Below, piece after piece: positions 51,005-62,393 of a DNA stretch of 64,000 nt. Under the pieces are notes generated by a model. The model did not search any database. It was not told where the DNA came from and worked only from the letters and a program-made list of their open reading frames with translations. Numbering within the stretch: position 1 is the stretch's first letter; each line of letters opens with the position of its first letter. Source of the DNA: Haplodiscus bocki. Taxonomy: Eukaryota. The position numbers and the translations under genes were made by a program. The stretch spans positions 78,430,001-78,494,000 of the forward strand of contig OZ296649.1 in assembly GCA_965655095.1 (NCBI GenBank), given 5' to 3'.

Positions 51005-51250
51005 CTAATTAGGGGAAAAGCGTTCCGCTTCGTTGCGTTTCTCAGACTGACCGTCACCACTTCGGAAGAAAGTATCCCAGTTGAATCCATTTCTTAGGAA
51101 AATTGTCTCCGCTGGAGGGAAAAAGCCTTCCCTTTCGTTGCATTTCGCCGACTAACTGTCACCACTTGAAAGGAAAATATTTCAGTTGAAAACACTTGTC
51201 ACACAAATTGTCTCCACTCAAGGGGAGGGGCGTTACGCTTGATTAGTTTT
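51005..51250 (-). repeat. 105-bp (35-codon) coding tandem repeat, ~2.4 units
   Basis: aattgtctcc at 51101 and 51206; ctgaccgtcaccactt / ctaactgtcaccactt. Confidence 0.8.
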
Positions 51251-51784
51251 ATCAGATAGGTTCTTTCTTTTGGAGGTCACAAAACGATAGCAAAATACCA
51301 AAACCAAATATCGAGAATCAATACATGGTCTATTTCCACAAATAGAAAAGAACAGCTCCAATGGTCTGTATTGGTTTGTTTTAATGATTTATTGCTAACT
51401 TTTCACGCAGTTTTTAATAGGATATGCAAACAGGGGAACTTTAGGCTGTTCAAAAGTTTAGAGGTGGATGATTACAACTCTTCCAATGAGAGGGAAATGT
51501 AGTACAAGTCTCTCTTTTATGGTTTTTCCATGTATAAATTAAGCTCCCGAGGAGCTGAAAATTTGCTTATTGGAACCATTTGAAATGTAAATTGTGATTA
51601 CATTTAATCTTAAAACTTAAAAAAATTGACTTTTTCTGGTTGAGACATCTAATCAGTCCAATCGTTTCACATTTTACTCAGTTGAGAATTTGCTTTCATT
51701 CTTTCAAGTTGATTCAACTTTGTTACTCGGTATTTTGTAGTCAAAAACAAAAATAACATCTGTTGATCGAAACCAAAAAACAAC

Positions 51785-54700
51785 GTGTTCGAACTACAGA
51801 TTGATTTTGAAGATATTAATTTATCGCGGGATAAAAAATGCATCACCAAATGGATAAAATCTTATCTGGAATATTCCAATTTATTCTGCAAAATTCAAAG
51901 CGAAATGAAACAGCTCCTTACAACAAAGCATGCAGTGTCGGTTTTGAAACAAAAACCAAATTTCTGTTTTGTGAGAAAGATTTTCCCAGCTTTTACTCTC
52001 TGTAGAAGCACAAAATGTCTGAGAACAGTAAACTTTCACAAACTCAAGGTCTTACTGTAAACTTGGAGCTAATTATGGGCGGTAATCTTGATCAAGAACT
52101 CCGCGAAGAGCTCACAGCCTGTCAACACTTTTTGATTGTTTTAGAATTTGTCAGAGGTAAACAGCACGTTTTCAAATTTGCATCAACTAACAATACTCCC
52201 ATTTTCCTAGCGAAAGTTAATTTGGCCTTTAAGTTTGCTTTTTTCCAACGTGGAGGACGGAAATTATCGTTGTCTTTCTGTGCATGAGAGTCACTTAATC
52301 CTCAAAAGACCTCAATTGTTAGCCAACAAGGAGGACAAGTTGGAAGTGCACAATATTCTCGTTTGTTTAGACATTGTAGAATTGATTGCTCGGGAGAAAT
52401 CTTCTACCAAATGGAAGTTCCTTTTCGTCACAAGTGTGACCATTTTTGCAGCATGGCTTAAAAGCACTCCTGTTGGGTGTGAAGATGTTTTGTCACCCCA
52501 AAGACTCGTTAAGCGTACTAATGTTAATTGTCTTACTTACGAGGCAAACAAGGAACGCTACAACGACAACCTTTGTCTGCTATGAGCTACTTGTATGCAC
52601 AAAACTGGAAAAGAGAGGAAAGAGGAAGGGACATCGATACTTTTCAATCGAAACATCGACGTCACCCCAAATGTAACGGCTGTGAAAATCTGAGATGTTG
52701 CTTCTGATTATCTGCTTATCGTTGAGCGAATGGCAGAAGTAAAACTTTAGGTAAATGTTTTTGAGGTCTCGGATATTGGGATTATTGGAGAACTTGCGGA
52801 CGATCTTTCCAAAGATTCATTTCCACAGCTAATCTATTACGTTACAAAAATCATATCTGTTTTATGACAGATCTGAACAAAGTGTACAAGTGGTTTCATT
52901 GTTCGTTTTGCAAAAAAGTTATTAAACGAAAATAAAATTTACAACGAAACCTACTGGAAGGTGATGACTTGGTTAGAAACATCTAACCAAGATCTGTTCA
53001 TCACCTTAGAGAAAATCTTTTCGATTGTTTGGGAGCTTTCGATATGGAAATAACAGAAGACAAGTTTAAATTTACGAACTTCGCTTTTTTGATTTTGAAT
53101 CGATTTGTGTAATAAGCAGTACAATGGCTGATACGGAGACACCTACCTTTGCTGCTAAACATGATCCAATTTCAGTCTCTAAAACACCAAATTGGATCGA
53201 AAAACCTCAAGGACTGGTGTCATGTTTCATTACTTCTTTGAAAAACCTTGCAGAGAAAAATTAATTGGAGTTGGGTCTTACTTTCTTCAATTTTGGTACA
53301 ACAATTATAGAAAAACCCGAACCCGTTACGTCAACACTCACCAAAAAAAGTGGAACTTTTTTACCCACTTTTGATGATGATCAAGATTCTGCATTTGATA
53401 CTGAAAACGAGGAGGATCACAAAAATTTGCTTCCACGCAGTTTTTGTCTACTCAAATGCTCAACTTCTTTGAACTCCAAAAACGTTTCGAGCTTTATGTC
53501 AACACTCTTCCAGTTTTGGGTTTAAAAAGTCCTAAGTACTATTTGAACCTAATCAAATTCAACCTTATTCCTGAACTTGGAAAGGAAAATTAAATCGGAC
53601 AAACAATTATCAGAAAAACCAATAAGTTGTCGCTTGCAAGTATGGAAACGTTCACTATCTAGATATCATTATTTTCCTTGTAGATTCAACTAGCGTTAGT
53701 TCTTCCTTGGAAGCGTATAAGACCAGTGAAACGAAACGTTTTTTCCCATATGAAAGGTTTGATTCGCCTGATAACTTCATGGACCAATCACTTCCATCAT
53801 TTGATGATTTTTTCAGTCGACTACGTAACTGAAGCCCACTTGAAAAAAAAACATTTCGATTATTAAAATCTTATCAGTAGTGGATGTAACAGTAAAACAG
53901 CAATAAAATACTCAACATTAGAGGAATTCCTACTCCTACGCAAGACAACTCTGTTTACTTACAGGAAGTATGGAGCTTTCAAAATATGCAATCATTCAGG
54001 AACTTTCTTCGCTGGTACAATAACAAAGATGTAAAACCCACTCTAGAAGCCAAAAAAACTGATTCAGTTTTATCCCGATGAGGGGATTGACAAGTTAAAA
54101 CTGGGATGTATGCTTCCCAACCTAGCATTCATTCGCCTTCATAGCTGGACAAGTGTCATATTTTACCCATTCCCGTAGGGAGATAACGTTTGCTAACAAA
54201 AACGAGAAGATATGGTAGGTGGACCTTCAATTGTTTTCACGCGGAAAACTGTGGTTGGTGAAACAAATATTCCATCAAGGTCGAATAAGTGCAAATTTTA
54301 GTGGGTATTGGTGAGAGTCAACTCTATTCGTATGCTATGCGTCAACCAATGCCTACTGGACTCTACACTCGTTGAGAATTCAATGCTAATTTACCTCGTT
54401 TCACACCGAAAACCAACAAAACACAATACTTCGAGGTATGGTTATGGCTTTTTTCCACAACTCGCGTCAAGAATGTAATTTTGAAAGTATTTACTCAAAA
54501 GGAACAGAGCAAAAAAAGGACTTCTTTAGTGTTGTTGGTTTTTTGATCACTTCAACACAGTTTTTGAAGACGTTGGATGCTTCTATCAATTGTGCGGATG
54601 TCAGAAAGTTCAACCTGGACTGACTGAAGAAGATTTTGTAAATAGACATAGAAAGAAGGAAATGGTTGAGCTACGCCGATGCTATTTGCGGGAGAAAAGT

Positions 54701-56010
54701 TGTCTACCATTGAGATGTGGGAGTGTCAATGGAAACACCATGTGAGAGACAATTATGAAATCAAGTCTTTTGCGAGATCAACTTTTCACTTCAAGCGAAC
54801 AGTGATTTTCAAGAATTACTGCCAAACATAAGCTCTGGTGAAAAATCTGTTTATACTCAATATGGTATACGAGTTCCAGACAACTTGAAACAAATTTGAA
54901 GCTTTCCCACCGATTTTCAAAAACACGTTGGTTATTGCTGAATTCATGAAAAAGAATGTTAAAGACAACAAACTGTTGACTCAACCTGGGAAAATGCGAA
55001 TATCTAGCTTCCAGTTTGTCAGTCGAACAGTGAACACACCTTGTTTTGATTTCTATCTTGATCTATGACTCGAATGCACTCAAATACGCCGCTTCGTTCA
55101 GTATGCTCCCTTGAAATGCTTTAACAACTTTGTTCAGTCGGCAGTGAATGCACGGATAGAAAGAGAGAGAAATCAACATTTAAGTGACGTAACAGAGACT
55201 ATGAAACTACTAGCTAACAGTTCAAACGTCTATAAAATATTGGACAGAAGTCAGCACAAACTGACAAAGTACTTGAATGGTCAAAAAGCACATAATATCA
55301 CAATTAACGAGTTTTTCAAGAGATTAAACTACCTGAACGACAAGTTGTTCGAAGTTGGGTCAGCAAACTCCAAAGTACAGCACAAGGAGCATGTAATTTT
55401 TTGTTTTTTTTTATATTATATTATGCCCTACTGCGCAGGTTTGAATTTTATTACTTTTTTTTCCAAAGTTTTTGTGAATTCAATTCGTTCGAGGTAATGG
55501 AAATGGAAAGATGTTCTCTATACTTAGCGCCCACGCAAAATTCCCATGAGGATTGTATACAGGTAGAATTGAAAAAATTTCGGAACACTATTCGAGAAAA
55601 TGCGTGCAGCAACGAACTTTGGGCTCATTCAACCAGTAATTTCTTCCCTCAAACCTGTTGCGGAAGACATATCAAACACGATGAACGAGAACTTGGATTG
55701 TTCAAGGAAGAGTTTTGTTGCACTAAAATGATTGTCCGTGCAATAAAATTTACTATTGCTTCGATGAGAGCACAGATAAACTAAAGTTCAGCAGGAAAGG
55801 CCTGAACAAAAGAACGTTAGAAGAAACGGTTTCAGGAGCTTTGGAAAATAACAGACGGGTACTCGGAGAGAAAACCAAGGTTCAATTTCCGAACAATTCA
55901 GTTTTCTGATTGCACATAAGAGCAAACAAGGAGAAGAGACCCATATTTTTATCCAAAACGAACTGTTCCCGACACCGAAATTCACACAAAATCACTCCTT
56001 TTGTAACTTA
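51785..56010 (+). pseudogene. pPolB, copy E
   Basis: REELTACQHFL; NVEDGNYR; WYNNKDV; DMVGGPSIVF; GIGESQLYSY (A); MKLLANSS (B); EMERCSLY (decayed DTDS, C); RELGLFKEEF. Confidence 0.9.
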
Positions 56011-56204
56011 ATGGCAATCTTTAATCATGGAACGTTCTTGTTCGTTTTCACTCCATCTAAATTGGATTCTTTGAACTTTTCGACACACTTTTTCATACAG
56101 TTTCCCAACTTGGTTTTAATTTCATCCAGATTGGATATTTTTAAGGATAAAAGGGCTAAAAAAGAAAGAACTGATCAAATCAAAAACCAATCCAACTCCA
56201 CGTA

Positions 56205-56975
56205 AAGCTAAACCTACTATGCCTCTATTCTTAAAATCTCGAATCACGAAAGATTAGGGAGTTGAAACTTTGCATGTAGTTAGTCAATTACCTTCACTAT
56301 GTATGTGTTGATTTTCCAACAAATCGAACAACTTTCACGGTAAAACGTCTAGCGAGGAAAAAATTGGTCAAACCAACAGGCGTAAAATTCACGAGGTGCT
56401 CGACCTACTCTGCTTCCAATCTCAAAATCTTGAGTCAAGGTGAGTGTAGAAAGTTAAAATTTTGCATGTAGTTAGTCAGTTACCTCTACTATACCTGTGC
56501 AGACATGCTTCCAAATCGAACATCTGTCAGGGTAAAACGTCTAGCGAGGAAAAAATTGGTCAAACCAAAAAGCACAATCATTGCGAAGTGCTCGACCTAC
56601 TCTGCTTCCAATCTCAAAATCTCGAGTCAAAGGGAGGTTAGAAATATAAAATTTTGCATGTAGTTAGTCAGTTACTCCCACTTTATGTGTGCTAAAATTC
56701 TTCAGAGTCAAACAAACTTCAGGTTAAAAGGTCTAGCGGGGAAAAAGTGGTCAAACCGAAAACAGAACAATCACAAGTTGCTCGACTTACTCTGGTTCCA
56801 ATCTCAAAATCTTGAGTCAAGGAGAACGTAGGAAGGTAAAACTTTGCATGTAGTTGGTCAGTTTTCTCTGCTATGTGGGTGCCAATTTTCGCCGAAATCG
56901 ACCAGTTTTCAAGGCAATAGGACTAGCGAGGTAAAAAGTGACCAGGCAAAAAAGTTCACACAGTCTTTTCACGTA
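56205..56975. repeat. ~192-bp subterminal tandem repeat x4
   Basis: tgcatgtagtt at 56271, 56463, 56655 and 56845. Confidence 0.92.
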
Positions 56976-57311
56976 GCTCAGTCAATTAGGTTAAATAATA
57001 AAAAATCCGCCGGCCGGATAACTGTCCGGCGGTGGAATGATTATCCAAGCTCCCGTCCGCCTTCGCCTCCGTTCGACGAAGTGCCCAAAAAATTCGAAAA
57101 AAGTTAGAATTTCAAACTTTCGAAATTTTCGTATTGTCAGAGTGCTCCAAAATGACTCACAGCACCCAACACTTTCCTAATATGTTGCCGAAAACAAACC
57201 CTAACTCAAAACAAGGGGTCGAAATCCTTCTTGGCTCTCGGACGCTATAGCTTATAAGATTACATGAGTGTCTGTACCCACCCTGGCTGTCGTGCTAACC
57301 TATATACTACT
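56975..57311 (-). repeat. Right TIR of copy E
   Basis: Inverted match to 38354-38716; ends ..tatactact. Confidence 0.9.
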
Positions 57312-57317
57312 GAGAGC

Positions 57318-59530
57318 AGTTCCTCAAACATATGCATGGATTAAGATCATTTTCATCAAAATTTATCATAAATTTCTTAGAAGGAGTGAGCGGATCCTAA
57401 AATGGGATGCTTTAAAAGAGTGGTAAGAATTTTTTTTTCTCGAAAAAAGTTCTTTATATATTTTTTTCTGGTCCCGGCAGACCCATTTCAAAGATCGTTT
57501 TTGGACGTTTTCCGAGGATTTGAAACTGTCGACATTAGCATAACAACACGCACTTTCATAGGTTAGGACGGGAAAAATCATTGTTTTCATTAGGTTCAAC
57601 TTAGCTAGCATTGTGAGGAGGGGAGAACTTCTTTCCAAAGAGAAGAGAACACTGAGTGCTTTGCTGCAAGTTGCTTTTATATCATCAGTACACTTGAGGT
57701 CAAGAGAGACACACAAGCCTAATCTTTTTGCACAATCCGTTTCTTTATTTCAACTCCGGAGGAAAAAAACGTTTTGTCGCTACTGCAGAGCCCAAGATGA
57801 GACCATTTTCCTATGTCTAGTGGTAATTTGATCCGGTCGCTCCTTCTTTTAAATCGAGATAAGTCTATCTGCAGTTCCAAGGTACTTTTATGAACAAAAA
57901 TAGAGTTTTCATCTTCAGCGCATAACAATTGTTGGCGCGTCTAATAGTTGTTCGGCAGGTCGTTGATATAGAAAACGAAGTTTAGACTGGCAGGGATAAA
58001 CCCTTGTGGTACGCCACTTATAACTAAAACTTCTTGTGAAAAATTTTCAACAACTCCAACACGCTGTGTTCTATTAGCTAAGTAGGAGCATAACAGTTCG
58101 AATACTTTTTCTGATTACCCATTCTGTAAAGCTTTTCCAGCAGAATGCCAGGTCGACTTTATCAAAGGCTTTTTCGTAATCTGTGGAAACTACATGAATT
58201 CTTTCGTCAAAAATCAAAGTTTTGTACACTTGGCGAGCAAAATTAGTATGTGAATAACGCAAGAACGTTGTTTTCGAAATTCAAACTGGAATTCACTGGA
58301 GAAAGGTCCTAGAAATTTGTACAGGTCATTAAAAATGCAGCATTCAAAGATTTTCGATATGATGCTCAAGAGTGAGATTGTTTACAGTTCTCAACATTCG
58401 ATTTCGACCCTTTTTTGAAAGTTGGACCAATAATAGAGTTTTTTCAACTAGTAGGAATGACACCTGTTTGTTTCATTTGGTTAAATAACTTGGCTGTTGT
58501 TTTGGGATAGTTTTTGCGCATCGTTTAAAAAAATAGTGAGAAAGTCATCTGGACCAGTGGCTTTTCAAATATCAACTCTCAGAGTGTTGCTAGATTTGCT
58601 TATCTTGACAGTTCTGGGTCGTCATCTGGGCATGTTTCCTTGACTTGTGGTGAAACATTGTTTCATTGCTTTATGTGCAGGTACGTTGTCGTTCATTCGA
58701 AAGACGTGTGCGAGTAATTCCCATCGTCGTTTTCGTTTTTCTGATCCGATGGTATTGCTATTGCACTTTTCATATGCACAGTTGTTGGGAATTCCATGTG
58801 AGTACTTGATGTTAGGAGTAACTCGTAGTTGTTATCTCAAATGCATTCAATTCTACTGTCTGACTCAATCGCCAAGTTTCAGAAATATACAATGAAATTG
58901 ACTTGCAGAGTCCTAACTCTTCGCCATTTTTTATTTATCTTTACTGCATCTCTCAGAATGATGATTTCAGTTTTCTCTGGGTTTGCGTAAAGATTATTTT
59001 TTTTCAATATGAATGTTGATTTTTCTTATTTCCATTTTGATTGTTCGGGTTCGGTATCGATTGAGCCTGCATCATCTGTGTAAATTGATTCAGACGGATG
59101 CGCTTCCTCGCTGGGGCTGTTAGAGATTTCTTGAGCTACTCTAAAAGCTTGTCGTATTTCTTTGAGAGGATTTTCGAAATATATCAAGGTTGATGCCGCT
59201 GATTCTGTCAAACTGATTCTTGACAATAACTCTTTGCAGTATTTTCACGCCCTGCTCTGAAGAGACTAAAACAAGAGATATCTCTTAATTAAGGAAGAAG
59301 CCGGAAGATTTTACACTGGTGTTACAGCGGTTGTATTCTGTGCCTTTGGTACTTTTCTCAGCTCGTGTTTTTCTATTGTTAGTACAGTATGGAGGGTAGC
59401 TGGTCAGTCACCTGTTTTTCGATACATTAAGCTTTAGCATGGTTGTTTCAATGAGTGCTCGAGAGACATGTACCGTTGCTTATCGACCGGTAACATATCC
59501 AAACTGCTGATGACATCTTGTTCCGATTTT
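57318..59530 (-). mobile_element. Decayed LINE (CR1/L2-like) with RT domain; endonuclease not recognisable
   Basis: KATGPDD; PTFKKG; SLLSIISKIFE; TDYEKAFDKVD; SGVPQG; YINDLP; LLCAED (decayed YADD); ENVQKRSLKWV. Confidence 0.85.
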
Positions 59531-60377
59531 AGCCGGAACACACGTCTGTTCTTTTTACTTCTTTTATTTTTTTAACAAATCCATGTCTCGTCTTACAGTT
59601 GTGTAATTCTTCGGAACAGTTTTTCCGTCTTGTGTCTCGTTATTATGATAGCGTGTTTCCAATAGCTATGATTTCACGGCCTTTCCAAAACTTTGGCGAA
59701 TTGTAGAAAATATTTCATATGTAGTTTCGTACCGAACGACTTGATTTTCCGTAAGGCTCACTTCAGCTGAGATTGTTTTTCTCGGTTTGTAATGCAATTC
59801 AAGTTGCCAGGAGTTCCCTCTGTCAATACAGCTAAAAAAAATTCGCCCGGGCTTAATTTTTTTGATTGCCTGTTGCTCACCCCTGCCGAACTTTTTTCCA
59901 AAAATTTTCTACAATAAAGGTGCATCGGTGGACGAAAAAAAAGGAAGGTGCCCGATAAAACCTAGCAAAATAGCGGCAGATACCGGCGTTTTGTGGGAAA
60001 ATAGTAGCAGATATCGGACTTCGTTGCAAAATTCCGTCGTTAGCAGACTTTATTATGCTGATTTTATTTTTGCTCAAAAAGTGTTTTAGTGATGTGTATT
60101 ACGTTTCTGGGCCAAACCCAAAAACTATACCTCTCCAGAGGTTTAAAATTAGAAGAGAAGTTGATTCTGTAAAACTTCCGAGATTTACTCTTCTGTTAAA
60201 AAACAACTTCAATTGACAAAATTGTGCTTTTATCTTGTTTCGAGACAAAAATTCATCGACAAAATTGTGATATCAGATTTTTGTAAGTACATCAAGTCAA
60301 TGGATGTTTTTTTTGGTCCTTTTTATTACTTTTGGGGAATGAATGTCAAGGTACCATGCAATGTTTCAGAGCTGGCA

Positions 60378-61445
60378 ATGAATCAAGGAAAATTGCATCA
60401 TTGTACGGCGGAAAATTGCAATGCGGTTTTCAAGAAGAAAATTAGGCTGAAGAATCATCTGATTAAGGCTCATCAGATAGCAGAAACACCAGTCAAATGT
60501 AACAATTGTGATCTCGTTTTCGAAACATCTTCGCAACTTAGTCGACACAAAAAAGTCCACCAAGGTTACAAGTGTGACAAATGCGCCAGTTCTTTCAAAA
60601 CTTGGTCCGATGTGCGAAAGCATTACAACACTGAACATCGAATAGTGGCGACGAAATGTGGAGGTTGTCGTAAAAAGTTCATGTCTAAAGAAGATCTTTC
60701 AAACCATTATGCCGATTGTCCTAAAAAAGATGACATTACTTGCAAATACTGTTCACGAATGTTTGTTAGACCAATGAATGTCAAAATACACATACGAACT
60801 GTGCATGAAAAGCAGCGGGATTTTGTTTGTTTTGTGTGCAACAAAGCATTCTTACATGCTCATAACCATGCAAATCATTTGGCCAACTGTATAGTGGCTC
60901 AAGAGCGTGGCGAGCCAGTGAAGGAGTCGAGCTCCGAAGGTGTTACCTGCTCAGGTTGCGGAAAATACCTTCTTCATAAACGGAGCTGGTGGCGTCACAA
61001 AAAGCGATGTAATAGTTTGAAACAACTGGAGTCCGAAAAAAGTGACGAAGATTTCAGTGGTTCGTTAGGGTTTGAGGCATCACTAATCGCCAGTGAGTCT
61101 ATTGAAAGTAAATCCAACAATGTAGCTTGTACGGTTGCGAAAAATGCCGAAGAGTCAGCCAGTGAGCAAGACTCTTTTCTTACTGTATCCGAATTGGGAA
61201 GCGAAGTCGATGAAAGTCAATATCCTGATCCTATTTTTGAACGACCAATCGAAACACTGATTGATAATCTTCAAACGCCACTTCAACAAAAAGAATTAAA
61301 ATTGGGCGTTCCTCCTGACTTGAAATTTCCTTCGCAAGGTGTGCACAAATCAAGAAAGTTTACTCTTCTTGGGCGGAGGAAAAGAATGAGGATTTATCAC
61401 TCACTCGTTGAAACATTGGACCAACATCAACGCTTTGGTGAATAA
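60378..61445 (+). CDS. GTF3A: C2H2/C2HC zinc-finger protein, TFIIIA-like (fingers 4-9 plus one extra finger and an acidic tail)
   Basis: Open frame 60213-61445; ATG candidates 60300, 60339, 60378. Seven fingers. TFIIIA-type signatures ENC..FKK, RHKKVHQGYKC, KTWS, HIRTVHEKQRDFVC. AATAAA at 61441 overlaps the stop. Confidence 0.75.
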   Translation: MNQGKLHHCTAENCNAVFKKKIRLKNHLIKAHQIAETPVKCNNCDLVFETSSQLSRHKKVHQGYKCDKCASSFKTWSDVRKHYNTEHRIVATKCGGCRKKFMSKEDLSNHYADCPKKDDITCKYCSRMFVRPMNVKIHIRTVHEKQRDFVCFVCNKAFLHAHNHANHLANCIVAQERGEPVKESSSEGVTCSGCGKYLLHKRSWWRHKKRCNSLKQLESEKSDEDFSGSLGFEASLIASESIESKSNNVACTVAKNAEESASEQDSFLTVSELGSEVDESQYPDPIFERPIETLIDNLQTPLQQKELKLGVPPDLKFPSQGVHKSRKFTLLGRRKRMRIYHSLVETLDQHQRFGE

Positions 61446-62048
61446 ATTCGTTTTGTTTTGATTATTGTTACTTGGGTTCAGGTTTTCGACCTAAATGCTG
61501 TATTAAAGTAGAAATTGCCACTACGTAGTATTTTTATAGAAAGTATTGAAGAGATATTGATCAGCAGCATTAATTTTTTTCGCCGAAGTAATCGTAGACA
61601 AGAGTATTGCATGGGTGTTCATAGTTTTCTCAACTGATCTTAGCAAGATGAGAAAATGTTGAAAAATGCATTTATCACGACCTCGTCTTTTTATGCCTGC
61701 AAGACGTTCACTTAGTTTCTCCGCATTAGCCAAAAAAAACCTTTATACTATGCTGAAGCTGCTATGGTGGAAATTGCAGATAATTTTCCGTTTTTTTTGT
61801 TGAACATTCGTGAACGCAACAACGATATTTTAATTGAAACTTCTATCGTAAACTCCCGAAACTTGTGAACCTGAATTTTGGAAACTTAATTGGGGCACCC
61901 TCAATGAACGATAACAAGCGTTCACCTCAAAAAATGCAATGATTCCGTTGTGTTTTTTTTAAATATGTAAGAAAAAATTTTCATTAGTAGGGTCGTTTTC
62001 GTTTTTTTTTCACTGTATTTTTGCCAACTAGTTTTATTTTCAAATGAA

Positions 62049-62120
62049 TGGTCTCAGCAGTCCGATCAGGGCAAAAATTTCTCAAGCAGTAGGTCCGGGT
62101 TCGAATCTCTGTCGGGCCAT
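62049..62120 (+). pseudogene. tRNA-derived relic
   Basis: T-arm/B-box GGGTTCGAATC followed by ..GGGCCA; no clean cloverleaf. Confidence 0.4.
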
Positions 62121-62147
62121 ATATTTTTATGATTTCACTGAAATTTG

Positions 62148-62218
62148 TCATCCAATGGCATATGGGGTAGGACAACAAGGTTCAGAAGCGCTAGGGACGG
62201 GTTCGAATCCCAGCATTT
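62148..62218 (+). pseudogene. tRNA-derived relic
   Basis: TGGC..A..GG A-box-like sequence and GGGTTCGAATCCC B-box; stems degenerate. Confidence 0.4.
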
Positions 62219-62346
62219 ACCTGTATTTTGTGTACTTTATCAATGCGATTTTTAATTTCGAGGATTTTTGTCTCCTCTTATATTCTCCTTTTAACTTTTT
62301 CCGCCGTTTTTTATTCGGTGCTTCAAGAATTAAAAAGGTGACTTCG

Positions 62347-62393
62347 TTTTTTTCTATGATTTCTTTTTCTATGATTTCTTTTTCTATGATTCT
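62347..62393. repeat. 15-bp tandem repeat x3 (ctttttctatgattt)
   Basis: Directly visible. Confidence 0.8.

Larger units (their letters stand above)
38354..57311. mobile_element. Maverick/Polinton copy E, full length (~19 kb), second TIR subfamily
   Basis: TIRs 38354-~38716 and ~56975-57311; right end TATACTACT; TSD GAGGGC (38348-38353) / GAGAGC (57312-57317); complete gene set. Confidence 0.92.

Noticed and set aside
56205-56975. CRISPR array or repeat-protein gene
   Set aside because: The whole 192-bp unit repeats, one period is 190 bp, and no frame stays open.
38354-57311. Active or intact virus
   Set aside because: Every core gene has multiple stops or frameshifts, catalytic motifs are mutated (e.g. 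DTDS to ERCS), and the TIRs are clearly diverged.
61521-61733. Possible Helitron Rep fragment (KRRG..)
   Set aside because: No proper HUH motif or helicase context.
62049-62218. Functional tRNA genes
   Set aside because: Acceptor, D and anticodon stems do not pair convincingly, so they are kept only as relics.
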